The translations under genes were made by a program, and so were the position numbers. 39,120 nt of DNA from Intoshia linei. Taxonomy: Eukaryota > Animalia > Orthonectida. The stretch covers positions 1 to 39,120 of the forward strand of contig LWCA01000221.1 in NCBI GenBank assembly GCA_001642005.1, written 5' to 3'. Of the stretch, positions 11,186-24,100 are shown piece by piece; position 1 is the first letter of the stretch, and the number at the start of each line of letters is the position of its first letter. The notes beneath the pieces were generated by a model that was not told the DNA's origin, did not search any database, and worked only from the letters and a program-made list of their open reading frames with translations.

Positions 11186-11503
11186 GGCTTTACATATAAC
11201 ACCAAATAAATTCAAATTGATAGTACTTTCAGACTGAAATAGAATTTTGAGAATGACATATAGAACCGTTACATAGTATGTAATATATACACAAAATGTA
11301 CTAGTATACCACTAACTTAATTTAAATATATATTTAAATCGGCAAAGCGAGTCAGGGGTTCCCACACTTTTTTCACGCGAACCGGTAATTCTTCACATAT
11401 ATAAAATAGAATGTCTGTATGCGTGTTACCGTATATTAACCAAAATTAACAGTCGTAGAATTTAAACAAACCAAATTTTTAATACAGTTTTTCGCATAGA
11501 ATG

Positions 11504-11899
11504 TTAATATCTATGTTTCATTTTCGAAATTTTTTGAAAATAATGAGGATATAAAGCTTTCTTCACTATTGAAGAACTTTTAGTTCGACAACAGTTAATA
11601 TTGACATTAAACATCTTATGCAATAATTTGCTTGTGTAATCCAACGATCTAAAGGACTGATCGTGGCGTATGGTATGATAAACCAATGCACCCTGCCTGG
11701 CTGCTGACATATATTCTTCTTTAATATCAGAAGAATTCTCCGAACATTTGATAAAATGTTTTTTAATAATTGTACTCCCATTATTGATATATTTAAATTT
11801 TTGCTCACACACTTTGCACTTTCCGTATTCTTCGTCAATTTTTTTAAATTTAAAACTATTGTTCCAAGATTCATTGTAAAGATATTTATTTTTTGGCAT
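11504..11899 (-). pseudogene. Truncated hAT transposase N-terminus (BED-type zinc finger plus adjacent conserved block)
   Basis: W...KCKVCEQKF...IKKH zinc-finger pattern followed by AARQGALVYHTIRHDQSFRSLD...SKL...CCRTK...IV, a block typical of hAT transposases. The ORF ends before any DDE domain. Confidence 0.75.
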
Positions 11900-12338
11900 A
11901 ATTAAAAAATATAAACGATATAAAGTATGGATTAATATAAATATAATAAAAATATAAATCAGACAAATGTAAATGCACAGTAAATTAACTTCTTTTAGCA
12001 GTTAATTTTAATTAACAAAGATTAAAAATTAATATTCAGTAATGAAATTAAAAGTATCAAAGGAAATTTGTTCGTTTTACTAAACATAAAATTTAATCCT
12101 TATAAATTGTCGTATTTAAACTTAATAGCTCTTAAATTTCATCACATTTATTGATTATACGTGAATCAAAAAATGTTAATAACAATTGACGTACACGGTT
12201 AATAATAAATTAATCTTTTACTATTTAGTCTATTAATTTAATAGACTTATAATTAATCCAAATGTTTGTAAAAATCAATAAACTCTCTTTACAATTATAT
12301 TTTTTTTGGCATAATTAAAAAAATAATTAATTTTTATN

Positions 12339-13701
12339 CAGCTAACCTCAATGCACTTTTATCATTACTGACATCAAAAAAGCCCATAAATCTTTCAATT
12401 ATTTTAGATTTATAAACATATCTAATTATAATAGATAGTTGAGCATACATTAAACAATCTGTTGTTTCATCAGCCTGAACAGATATAAAAGGACAACATT
12501 CAACTTCGTTATGAATGACTTTATCTATTTAAAATATAATATCATTTTGAATTGTGCTTGAAACACCCGTAAAATATGATCCTTGATTTCCTTTTTAATT
12601 TCCTTGATTAATGCTATTTATACCTTCATCGTGACCACGTAATGGCATTTCTTGTTTGCAAAGATATAATACAGCATTGGTTAAATGTTTCAGGTACTGC
12701 CTATTTTTTTTAACATTTACGTTATGTTGTAGTTTTTTTAATTTGGTCGTTTCATTAAGAGCAGATTCAATATCTATCTTTCCAAATATTTTAAGGCATT
12801 TGTAAATTTCGAAAATTATTATATCCGCTATCTGACCAAGATTGACTTAATTTTGGTTTAAAAAGTAAACAAGGCCAGCAGTATACTTTCATAGTTACTA
12901 TACTTCCACATAACCAATCGATTTTTTCGTACCACTTCATTTGAAAATTACGAGTATTCGCTATTGTTATTAATGGAGGTGTAGGTCTACCAAATTCAAT
13001 TATAGATTATTTTTCAGCAATATTTCGACATCCAAATGGTATCTTTCAAACTTTGAATAATATCGTTAATCATTCTATGTTAAAATATAATTACACATAA
13101 ATACACATTAACATACCTTGTAATAAATTAAGTGATTTTTATAAATTTCAGTGAGATAAAACGAAAATAAACAATAGTAAAAATTAACAAATGTAAATAA
13201 CACGCAAGAACGATAATAGAAAATATAAATGTTTGTAAAATTGCTATAATCTATTTTAATTATTAAGTAATTTACACTTCATATTTGAATTATGGGTGGA
13301 ATTAATATAACTAAAAAACGACATCTATTCGTTGTATTTCATATATAAATTCCAAACAAATAATCATAATGAGAACTTTTTATTTATTTACTCGTGCCTT
13401 AGATTAAGTTTTATTATCGTCAAGCAAATCTGTACATTAGTGTAGGTGTGTAGAAAATTGTCATAAATTCTATAAATTTAATTATAACTATTATTTTATA
13501 CATTTATTAGTAATAAATTATTACATTATGCTTTTTATTGATTGTTTATCAGTATTTTAAAGCCAAATCACTGAGTAATATTTTCTCATTATAATTTAAA
13601 AATATTAAAATTAAACATATTGCGAAATTATTAAATTAATCAACTCCCAAAATGTTTACTCGTGCTGAGCACGAGTGGCACGAGGTGGAGAGTCGCCACT
13701 G
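12339..13701 (-). mobile_element. 5' half of a decayed hAT-Tip100 (ZMYM1/DUF4371-like) transposon
   Basis: Minus-strand terminus CAGTGGCGACTCTCC at 13701. Frameshifted translation over about 13000-12340 gives RNFQMKWYEKIDWLCGS...YCWPCLLF (TTF-type Zn finger), NRQYLKHLTNAVLYLCKQEMPLRGHDE and FISVQADETTD (first catalytic Asp). It is cut off at the ambiguous base n at 12338. Confidence 0.85.
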
Positions 13702-13724
13702 ATTGTAATAGATATAAAAATCAT

Positions 13725-14152
13725 TATAACAAAGTTGTATTAGTTTTAGTAATTTGTTGTAGTTTTAATTTAAATTTTTAACAAAATGTTTTGAAAATGA
13801 TAATTTAAGATTTAAAAATTCCGTAACAATGAAAAAAATTCCGAAGGAATGAATTATATAGATTTTCACCCAAATTTCAATATTGGAAATATGTAGACGT
13901 TCAATACACATTTTTTTTAAATTGTAGGATCAATATTTATATTTTAATCAAAATATTGGTTGATAATATATTAAAAATTATTTTTCAGTTTTCATTAAAA
14001 AAAACGGAAATTTGTGGTTTTGGTCCTGATGATATATTTTTTTTAAATTTATGATTTTAAAATCTGTATTAGTGTATATTTTTTTAAATTTTCGAACTCG
14101 TTTAATTTTCAAAAAAAAGAACAATTGGGCTTTTTGACCAGTAGGATGTGAG
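13725..14152. repeat. Partial copy of the modular foldback-like repeat
   Basis: About 13725-13985 is the reverse complement of about 9145-9410 and a direct match to 6590-6730. About 14030-14150 is the reverse complement of about 7680-7810. Confidence 0.75.
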
Positions 14153-14726
14153 ACACACACACCGACTAACAAAGCACTATTTCAGGTTTTATCAAATTAT
14201 TTTGACTTGTATTAAAGCAACAAATAAGAATAAATCAGTGGTCCATGTCCGACCTGGACTGCAGGTCGAGTATTATCAATCTCTAATGTTACTTTTATCC
14301 ATATTGTAAAAATGTATTAATCGGTATTAAGTAGCTTATATTGGTCAAATGATTTTAAATTACCAAAGGACCTTTTTATTATCTGTCTGACACTTTTACA
14401 AAATTTTTTGTAACCAAAATTAAATATATCAAATACAAAATATATTCATAAAAAATGAAAATAGGTAAAATATAGATTTGTCTAATTATACATTTTATAT
14501 CACCAATACATTTATAATATTTACAGATTGTATATTTATAATGGGTATTACTAAATGTATATATTAATTTAATTGATTTATCGCTTTTCTCTACAGTGAA
14601 TATTAATCCATTCAAAACAAAACAATTATAAATATCAGAAAATGAAAAAATTGGAAAATATCAAGTATATAAAATGATACGCCAAAATATTTTTATTTTT
14701 TACAAACTAAATTGTAATTTTCAGCC

Positions 14727-15305
14727 ATGATTGCAATCCTGACGTTATATTTTGCTTTGTACAATTTTTCAAATACGCAGTTAACTGTTTCCAGAAAGCC
14801 TGCTGTCACTGGTAAAGATTTATGGTGTTATGAATGTACTGGAGACTATGTAAAAAAATATGATTTCAACCAATCTCCTTGTAGAAACAATGTTACTTAT
14901 TTTAATATCAGACAGTGCAGTACCAATGATAATTATTGCAAGGTAGTATTTAGTTGTTTTCTTATAAGTCGTGCGGTTGATGGGCATTTTGAGATTACTT
15001 TAATTTTTTTCACAATTTAAATATTTTAGATTGAAAAACACCAACTTTACAATTACATAATGTATATTGATCGTGGTTGCGTCGAAAAATGTGGATATGG
15101 ATGTCGACTCAATGGATACGGAATTGTAAGTCTTAAATTATCCACAAATTAGAATACATTTTAGCCTTTAAAACGGTGCAAATATTGTTGCCAATGGAGT
15201 GGGTGCAATTTTGGTAGTGGTTCAAATAAACACACATCTTGCAAATTATTGTACTTTGTATTTGTGTGCCATGTATATTTGTTAATTAAAATTACCAACA
15301 AGTAA
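14727..15305 (+). CDS. Ly6/uPAR three-finger protein (quiver/sleepless-like), secreted and probably GPI-anchored; join(14727..14942,15030..15125,15165..15305)
   Basis: Hydrophobic N-terminus; LWCYEC...C...C...C...RGC...C...GC...C..CC....CN (12 Cys, terminal CC-x4-CN); small-residue spacer and hydrophobic C-tail. Phase-0 introns of 87 and 39 bp. Confidence 0.88.
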
Positions 15306-15738
15306 AATTCACTTTGTAATGTGTGTATTAATATTATAACAGTGCAACACTAGAAAATGTAAAATATATATCATTATAATCCTCTCAGTTCAGAGAGCAG
15401 ATAGTTTTTTTCAGATTTTTTTCAAGATTGTTTTCAAAATTCTAGATATTTACATGACAACTTTAACCAAATCAACTTATTTTGAGTTGATAATTTCAAA
15501 TGAAACGAAATTTTCAGATTTTTTGTGGTAAATCTCTGTAAATCATTAATATGTATATATATTAATTGGTTAATGTAGTATTGGTATCATTCCAACACTA
15601 AATATAGATAGAAAATAAACTTCATATTAATTGTAAACCGTATAAAAACATGTTTTAAAAATTAAACGTTTTTCATTACGAATTTTAAAAACATTTGCCG
15701 GTTGCACAATGGACATACCTTACATAAACTCATTAGAC

Positions 15739-16521
15739 CAGTTGTTCTCAACCCGTGTTCCGTGAAATATAAATGCGATATTTTTCAATTTAAAGTTTTT
15801 CTAAATTACTGTTGTATGCAATGAAACAATATCATTTCTCAAATTTAAATCAAAAAAGTATATACGTTGTGAATATGAGAACCTGAAAATGATGTTCAAA
15901 AATAAAAATAATTCTGATTATCTTTATGAGAAATATTGTTAAGAAGGTGGGTTTTTACTAACCCAACTCTCTTAAAATAATTTAAATAAGTTACCTCTTT
16001 ATAATGATATTTAACTAAAAGGTTATATTTCACGGGCCTGAATGCTTTTTCGTAGTGTGAGGGAGGCCACTGGTTTTACCGGCTAAATTCCGTGTGTTCC
16101 TTACTCCTTGTGGGGAGATGGATGGATCTTGGCAAAGAGCGTTATCAACTCTTGAAAAAAAACTTGAAAAAATGTAGGATGTTACTTATAAGAGTACCAT
16201 CCACCACTGATAATCAAACCTCAAGGAGGGAATGACTAGGGGTTTCCCGGAAAATTATGAGTATTTAAATTTTGGTGGCGAAGAAGCTTTCCATGTATAA
16301 ATAAAATATATTTTAAGGACCATTCTCATTGAGAAGGAAATACAAATTTCTTTATTAAAAAATTTATGTTTTCAATATTTGAAGCGTAATTTTTTAATTA
16401 AAAATCAAATTGTTTTATATATGCGACATGCGAAAAAAAATTTTTGATCATGCTTTTAGGTGCCGCGATTTTTGGAAAGTTCATAAGGGTTCCGCGAAGT
16501 AAAAAAGGTTGAGAAACACTG
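15739..16521. mobile_element. hAT (Buster/Charlie-type) MITE with a GC-richer internal insert
   Basis: TIRs CAGTTGTTCTCAACC / GGTTGAGAAACACTG; perfect 8-bp TSD CATTAGAC (15731-15738, 16522-16529); subterminal GTTCCG motifs at both ends. Confidence 0.92.
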
Positions 16522-18145
16522 CATTAGACCTATTCACAAATAAAATAAATTAAAATAAGAAAAACCGAATTGTTTGCAAAACTTTATGCTTGCTTCAATG
16601 TTTTTAGTTGCAATATAGAGATTTTCCAAATTAAAATCATTTAAACTCAAAATATCCATGCTCTATGAGCATTGCTCATTATAAAAAATATGATAAAAAC
16701 AATAAATTATAATTCAATTTGGTGGTTTTATGACAATATTTATTTAAATTAAATTTTTTCAATAAAGTTTATATAAAATCTTCAAACTATTGGCTCTAAA
16801 ATACGAAAGACCCGAATTAACAATTTAAAATATGAAATGTAAATGTTAATTTTATTGGTATTTATCATTGCAAATAATTTTTTGACATAATTTACTATGA
16901 TTTTCCGAATGTTTTTAAAATCAATTAACTCTCTTTACAATTATAATTTTTTTTGGCATAATTAAAAAAATAATTAATTTTTATTAATTAATAAATTTGA
17001 AGTGATCCAAATTAAATGATATAAAGTGTGTTTTTATAAAATATAAATTTATTATAACTTTACTTTATTAAGAAAGTGAAAAATTACAAGTAAAATATTA
17101 ACTAAAATTATCTATGGTATTAATGAGTACTTATTTTTAAATGTTTATTTAATATTATATATAATAGTTAAATGACAAAAATGTTTATTTTATTAATCTA
17201 TTGAGGATATATACAATTTTTGTTGTATTATTACTATCTTAATGTCTTTTCTATCATTAGAGTAAAATTTTCGAAACGTTACAAAAAGTTTCTACATTTA
17301 TTTATCCCATAAAATATTGTTTTAACACCAAAACAAAATAATGATAACTATAAGTTTCAAAATTTTTTTTTGATATTATAGAATAAAGTCAATTGTAAAT
17401 TATGTAACTGAAGACCATATATTAAAATATACAAATTTTTTTAATTTTCCTCCACAAACCAAGCAGAAATTTAAGTTTTTGTATGAAAAAATTATGAAAA
17501 ACATGAAAATAAAGTTGAATTTAGCTATTTTTTTGTTAATTAGTTAATGGAGCAACGCAACATCGTTACTGACTTTTTTGAAAAACTGTTTCTAACATCG
17601 TGATCTGCATTCGAAAATACACCCCACCTAGCTACTCAGTCTTTCAAATTCTAAAATTTTTCAAAAAACCCTAGTGCTCACTTTTGCATATTTTGATCTT
17701 TAAATATGGTGATCACCTTAATATACATTGTGAGTTTAACGATCTGTAAAAATGTAATATTATATACCATTATAATCTTTGTAGTGAGTAGATCAATAAT
17801 AAATTAAAATTATTCAGTTATCTCGAAAAATGTTTCATTCCGTTGCACCTTTATTACTAATAAGCAGTAAAATGGACGTTTTTTAATTTCAATCGATTTT
17901 TAGGTATAATTACTTAAAATTATGTCACAATTTTGTTTTTCGTTAATTTCAAATGGAAATCTTGGATTATAAATAGAAACTTTGAAATAGAAATATCAAA
18001 GACAGTTATACTACTGAAAACTAACAATTTAAAACTGAATATGTCTGTTTCCATATTTGCATAATTGAAATGAAACTAACTATACTAGAAAAAAAATTTG
18101 CGTGAAAGTAATTTAACACATAGTAATAATAGCAACGCATGTAAA

Positions 18146-21100
18146 ATGGTAAATTGTAATAAAATTACCCATAATACATCATCAATAACTTTTGGTTTAT
18201 ATAATTCAAAAGAAATTTTAAATGTATCTGTCAAACAAATATCCGTATCTAAATCTTTGGATGATAATTCTAAACCAATTCCAAATGGTCCTCTTGATCC
18301 AGCTTTAGGTATTTAATACATTCAAACTTATCTATTAGAATATAATTTTTTGCCAAACTGTAAAAAGCGTTTTAGATATATTTTTTTTTTAAAAAATAAA
18401 AAGTGCTTTAGAATCGGCAATTGAAGCGTTTAATCATGGTTACCACAGTATTTTATATGAGCTCAAGTGTCTATTAGTATATTCATAAATAATTTTGAGT
18501 TCGTTGTCTCAACGAGAAATGTATGTTGCAATATGGGGTTCATGACAAAAAATGTTTGGAGGTCCCTGACATGAATAATATTATGATAATAATAATATGA
18601 TTCTCACTAAAAACATGAATATCATTTTCTAAATTTTAATATTTGTATATTTTTATCTTAGGTCCAACAGAGTATAATGTTTATTGCATTACATGTGGTT
18701 ATACTATTGCCAATTGCAAAGGTCATTTTGGACATATTGAATTACCGGTCATAATGTTTAACCCCTATATGTTTAGTTTTGTCAATAAGGTATTTTTTTG
18801 TTAATGAAAACAATTTTAATCAGTGTTGAAAAAACCGTGCGATTTCAAATTTTGGCTGATGAGAAAATTGTTTTCACATAATCAATATAGTAATGAGTAG
18901 TCATCGCCAAAATTAAGTGTTTCCAAATCTGACTTATAATGATGTTTTAGTGACCTTGAGAATTTTTTTAATTTTTTAATTTCCTGTGACGGTACTCAAA
19001 AAAGATAAAAATAGTGTAAATTAAAGTATTTACAGTGTTAGTTAATTACAATAAAACTAATTTTAGTTGATCAATTTAACATGCCTATGTTGTGCACAGC
19101 TGAGAATGAATCCAATTATTAAAGTGTGTATTGAATTACGATTAAAAGCACTTTCAAATGGAAATGTAGGATTGTCACATAAATTAAATAATTATTGCAA
19201 CCATTTACTCCAAACGATTAACGATTTCGAAGCAATGGAGGACAATCGCCTGGAAGTAGAAATGACTCAAGATATGAATGAAATACCAAAAAAAGATTTA
19301 AAAAGTGGGACAGTTATCGAAATTATTGATAAATTGAAAAAATTTTACAAAGATTATACCTGTGAATTAGAAAACGACACAACAACAAATCGTGGATTAG
19401 AATTTCATAGACAAGAAATTTTGACAAAATTTCTCAGTGGAGGATATTCAACGGCTTCAGTTTGTACATATTGTTTCATAAAACACCGAAATATAAAATC
19501 TGAATACCATTCAAAATTATACTTGTCAAGAGGATATGCACTGAAAGAAGTTGAGACATTTATCAAATCTAGAAATGAAATTAATGAAACTGGACTGTAT
19601 AATATAACCTGGGAAGAAATATTGAACCAATACAGCATAAAAAGTGGTGATTTTATAAAAGATTTAAAATCCCATCACAGATACATTACGGCTAGTGAAT
19701 GTAAAACTCATTTAACAAATGTGCTACAGATGGAAAAAAACTTACTTTTTCAAGTTTTTGGAGTATTAGAATTGGGTCACACTTTGGATGTTGATAATAT
19801 GGATAGATTTTTTTTTAAAACCATTTTTGTTACACCAAATACTTTTAGACCTTTAAATATTGCAAATTCTGTAAAAGTTCCGTGTTCTAAAACTATCGTC
19901 TACCAAAAAATTATTGAACAATGTCACGAAATTGATAATTTAAAAATTGATTTAGAAAAAATTAAACAAAATGGAATTGATATTAAAATTAAAATTGAAA
20001 CTGAAACTACACCTGAACCTGATTTGGAGGAAACTGATCAGACTAAAGTATATTTGGTCTTAGAAAAGTCTATTGGAAAACTTCAAGCTTATTTGAATTG
20101 TCTTTTTGATTCTGAATTGGGCAAAAATTTGAAAATGAAACAATTGAAAGGGTTAAAGCAATTGATTGAAAGAAAGGAAGGATTGTTTCGACAAAATATT
20201 ATGGGTAAAAGAGTCGATTTCGCAGCTAGGTCCGTCATATCACCCGATCCTTTGATTCTTACTCGAGAGGTTGGTATTCCTACTAGTTTTGCCCTTGTTT
20301 TAACATTTCCTGAAGTTGTGAATAATTTCAATGCTAAACGCCTCGCGCAATGTGTTAAAAACGGTCCTTTAATATTTCCTGGTGCTCGCTTTTTAGAGTA
20401 CAACAGCGGGAAAAAAATATACATTCACCCTAAAAATGAAGAAATGAGACTAAAATTTTCAAACCTGTTATTGGATCACGTGGAAAAGAAAGATGATGTT
20501 GATTATATTAAAATTGTTCATCGGCATATGATTGATGGTGATTTGGTTTTGTTGAATAGACAGCCTAGTTTACATCGCCCTTCAATGCAAGCTCATATTG
20601 TAAAAATTTTACCGGGAGAAAAAACAATGAGACTTCATTATTCAGCATGTAAAGCTTATAATGCGGACTTTGATGGTGATGAAATGAACGCACATTTCCC
20701 TCAAACTGAACAGGGACGTGTGGAACTTATTAATTTAGCATTAACTGACAAGCAGTATCTTACTCCCAAAAATGGCGCTCCGTTGGCTGGGTTAATTCAG
20801 GATCATATTGTAGCGGGAACGCTTTTTTCAATTAGAGGAAAATTTTTTGACAGAGTTCTTTACCATAAATTTGTGTATGTTGCCTTGGCTGATTTTATTG
20901 GAAAAGAAAAAATTAAATTGATTAATCCTTCAATTATCAAACCAAAAGAACTATGGTCTGGAAAGGACATTATTTCGACCATTGTCTTGGCACTCTCTCC
21001 AAAAAAGTACAAACATTGTCCGTTTAATTTTAAATCAAGATCAAAAGTAACTTCTTTAATTCTAAATGAAAAAACCTGTGAAAAAACAAACCTGATGAGT

Positions 21101-24100
21101 GAATGCAACATTGTTTTTAGAAACGGGCGGTTTCTGGTAGGAATTTTAGATAAAGCAAGTTATGGCGCTACGGCGTACGGCCTAGTCCATGCAATGTTTG
21201 AACTTTATGGTAGTACAGTAGCCGCAAATTTTTTGTCGGCCTTGTCTAAATTATTTACAAGTTTTATTCAATTGAATGGGTTTACCTTTGGAATTGAAGA
21301 TATTCTTTTAACCCGCCATGCTGAAAAGGCTCGAAGAAAAATCATAAAAAATATACCGTCCAGGGGACAATCAGTTTTAGAAAAATATGTAAAAAGTTTT
21401 GATTGCAAAAATCTGACCGATTCTAGTGTTTTGGAACGCTATATTAGTGAAGCCAATTTCGACAGTTCTTTTGAAAAACTGAAAAAATTGGATTATAACT
21501 ACAAAATAGAAACCGATTCTATTCAAAATGATATTTGTCGAATTGTTATGCCGGCAGGATTGCTGAAAAAATTTCCAAAAAACAATTTACAGTTGATGGT
21601 AAATTCTGGTGCTAAAGGATCCATTGTAAATTGTCAGCAAATTTCTTGTACTCTTGGCCAAATTGACTTGGAAGGACAAAGACCTAAAAAAATGTTATCT
21701 GGTCGAAATTTACCGTCATTCGAAGCTAACGATTGTAATCCAGAAATTGGCGGTTTCGTTGCAGCGAGATTTTTGACGGGCATTTCTCCTCAAAATTATT
21801 ATTATCATTGTATGGCTGGTCGTGAAGGTTTGATTGATACAGCTTGCAAAACGAGTCGATCTGGTTATCTTCAGAGATGTCTCATTAAACACCTCGAAAC
21901 TCTATATATAGCGTACGATCGCACTGTAAGAGATTGTGATGGAAGCATAATCCAATTCAAATACGGTGAAGATGGTCTACATGTAGAAAAATCCTCTTAT
22001 CTAAATTCAACAAAATTGGAATTTATATTGGAGAATTTAGAAATTTTAAATATTAATAATTATGACGGATCTTCAGGTCCACTTCAAAATTTTATTAAAT
22101 GTGATCAATCTAAACGATTGTGGCGTAATTTAAACAAAAAAAAGAAGGAAAAAAAATTAAACGGTCATGGCAATGTTACTACTGGATTTGATTTGTTTTG
22201 TAGTGATTACGAAAACCAATTAAATCCTTCCTTGTCTGTCAAAGATAGATCCGTTTTATTGAGAAACATGTGGAATAAAAAACTAAAAAATGACTTTTCT
22301 GAATTTACAAATAAATATCAAGATTTTGTTTTACCTGATCCTCCTTCTTCAGTTTTAAATATTGACAAATCTATTGGCGCCGTCAGTGAAAAGATTCATG
22401 CATTTATATCAATGTGCTGTAATAATGAGGATTTGTTGAATGTTAAAAAAAGGAAAATGATTAAAAAAATGCTTTACGCCAAATGTTATAATTCACAAGT
22501 TGAACCTGGAGATTGTGTTGGTATTTTAGCCGCTCAGTCTATTGGAGAACCGTCTACTCAGATGACTCTCAACACTTTCCATTTTGCGGGAAAAGGAGAA
22601 ATGAATGTAACTCTAGGTATTCCTAGAATGACTGAAATCTTAATGACCGCTAGTGAAGTCATTAAAACACCTTACATGGAAGCTATTATTTTACATGGAA
22701 AAAAGCGATTACGCAAAGCTGAGAAATTGACCAAAAAATTAAATCAAATTTATTTTCATCAAGTTGTAGATAAGGCTGATATATCTGAGAAATTGAAATT
22801 TACTCGGTTCAAACCACCTTCACGTAATTTTAAGGTAAAACTTTTTTTGTGCGACTCTCAGTATTATCAGTTTGATACCTTTTTAAGTAAAAAATTGGTT
22901 TTAAAATATATTGAATCAAAGTTTATAAATATCCTAATCACTCAAGTTAAAAGAAAGCTAGTAGAAATTAGCAAGCAGAGTTTGATTTCATCAAAAGCGT
23001 ATAAACCTAAAGATAGTTCTGCTGTCACCGAAAATGCACTTGAAACTGAAAATCCTTCGGTTCAAAATGAAGATTCTGAATCCGATAAATCGTCACAATG
23101 TAGTATTTCAGACCAAGAATTATCAGATTACTCAGATAATGTCAATGACGCTGATGATGTCTCAGATGACAATATTATTGAAAAGTCTAAAAGTGAACAC
23201 TATAAAGCAGTTCAGGAAGACGTGATTCTAGATTCGAATTTCAAATTATTGCAAGAACCATTATATGATGAAAATGACAATGATGATAATTTGAAATATG
23301 AAAAACGAGTTCAATTTGTTATACAGCAAGATAAAATTATTCAATCGTACGACTATGATGCTAAAGATTTTAATTGGTGTGAATTTAATCTTGAATTTCC
23401 GTTATCTCCTCATAAAATTGATTTTAAAGTTTTACTTCAAAAAATTATCAATACTACTAAAATTAATTCTATTCCCGGTATTACAAAATGTATTCTCAAT
23501 AAAAACCCTAAAACTACACCAAAAATACAAATGGACTCGGAAATTACTGCATGTCTTCATCGATTAAACATTGAGGGTGTTAATTTTAAGGTAATTTTAA
23601 TTTTTATGACTAATTGAAAAAATTTAAGTCGATTTAAAATGGGTGTCTACTTAAATCGAACCATTTTTTCTAAAAATCAAAATTTACCAACACTAACAGG
23701 AAAAATTCAGTTTTAACAATTCTAAAAGGAAAAATTCCAGTTTTACCAACCTTTAACGGAAGATCCAGTTTTATCTTATAGGTTGGTAAAATTGGAATTT
23801 TCCCTAAAGGGTTTTTAAAGCCGAATTTTTGTATTAGGGTTGGTAGAATTGGGATTTCCCATAAGGGTTGGTAAAATTTGGATTTTTCCTTAGGGGTTTG
23901 TAAAAGTGGATTTTTCTCTTAAAGGTTGGTAAATTTTGATTTTTAGTAAAAATGGTTGGGTTTAAGAATATTCTCATTTAAAATTAAAATTTTTAAATCA
24001 ATAAGTGTATGAATGTCTATTTTACTGTTTTATGGATAATTTGGGATACAATATTTTTTGTATAGAACTGGCATTCAAAGATTCGATTTAGATAAATGAA

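Noticed and set aside
14250-14290. Hairpin CGACCTG-GACTG-CAGGTCG as a terminator or Helitron 3' end
   Set aside because: The context is eukaryotic, the stem is only 7 bp, and no matching 5' end was found.
19405-23567. Overlapping short ORFs within RPA1
   Set aside because: Alternate-frame or antisense by-products of a long CDS.
23690-23930. CRISPR-like regularly spaced repeats
   Set aside because: Degenerate tandem units without unique spacers, inverted about a centre and TSD-flanked. This is a foldback MITE, and there are no cas genes.
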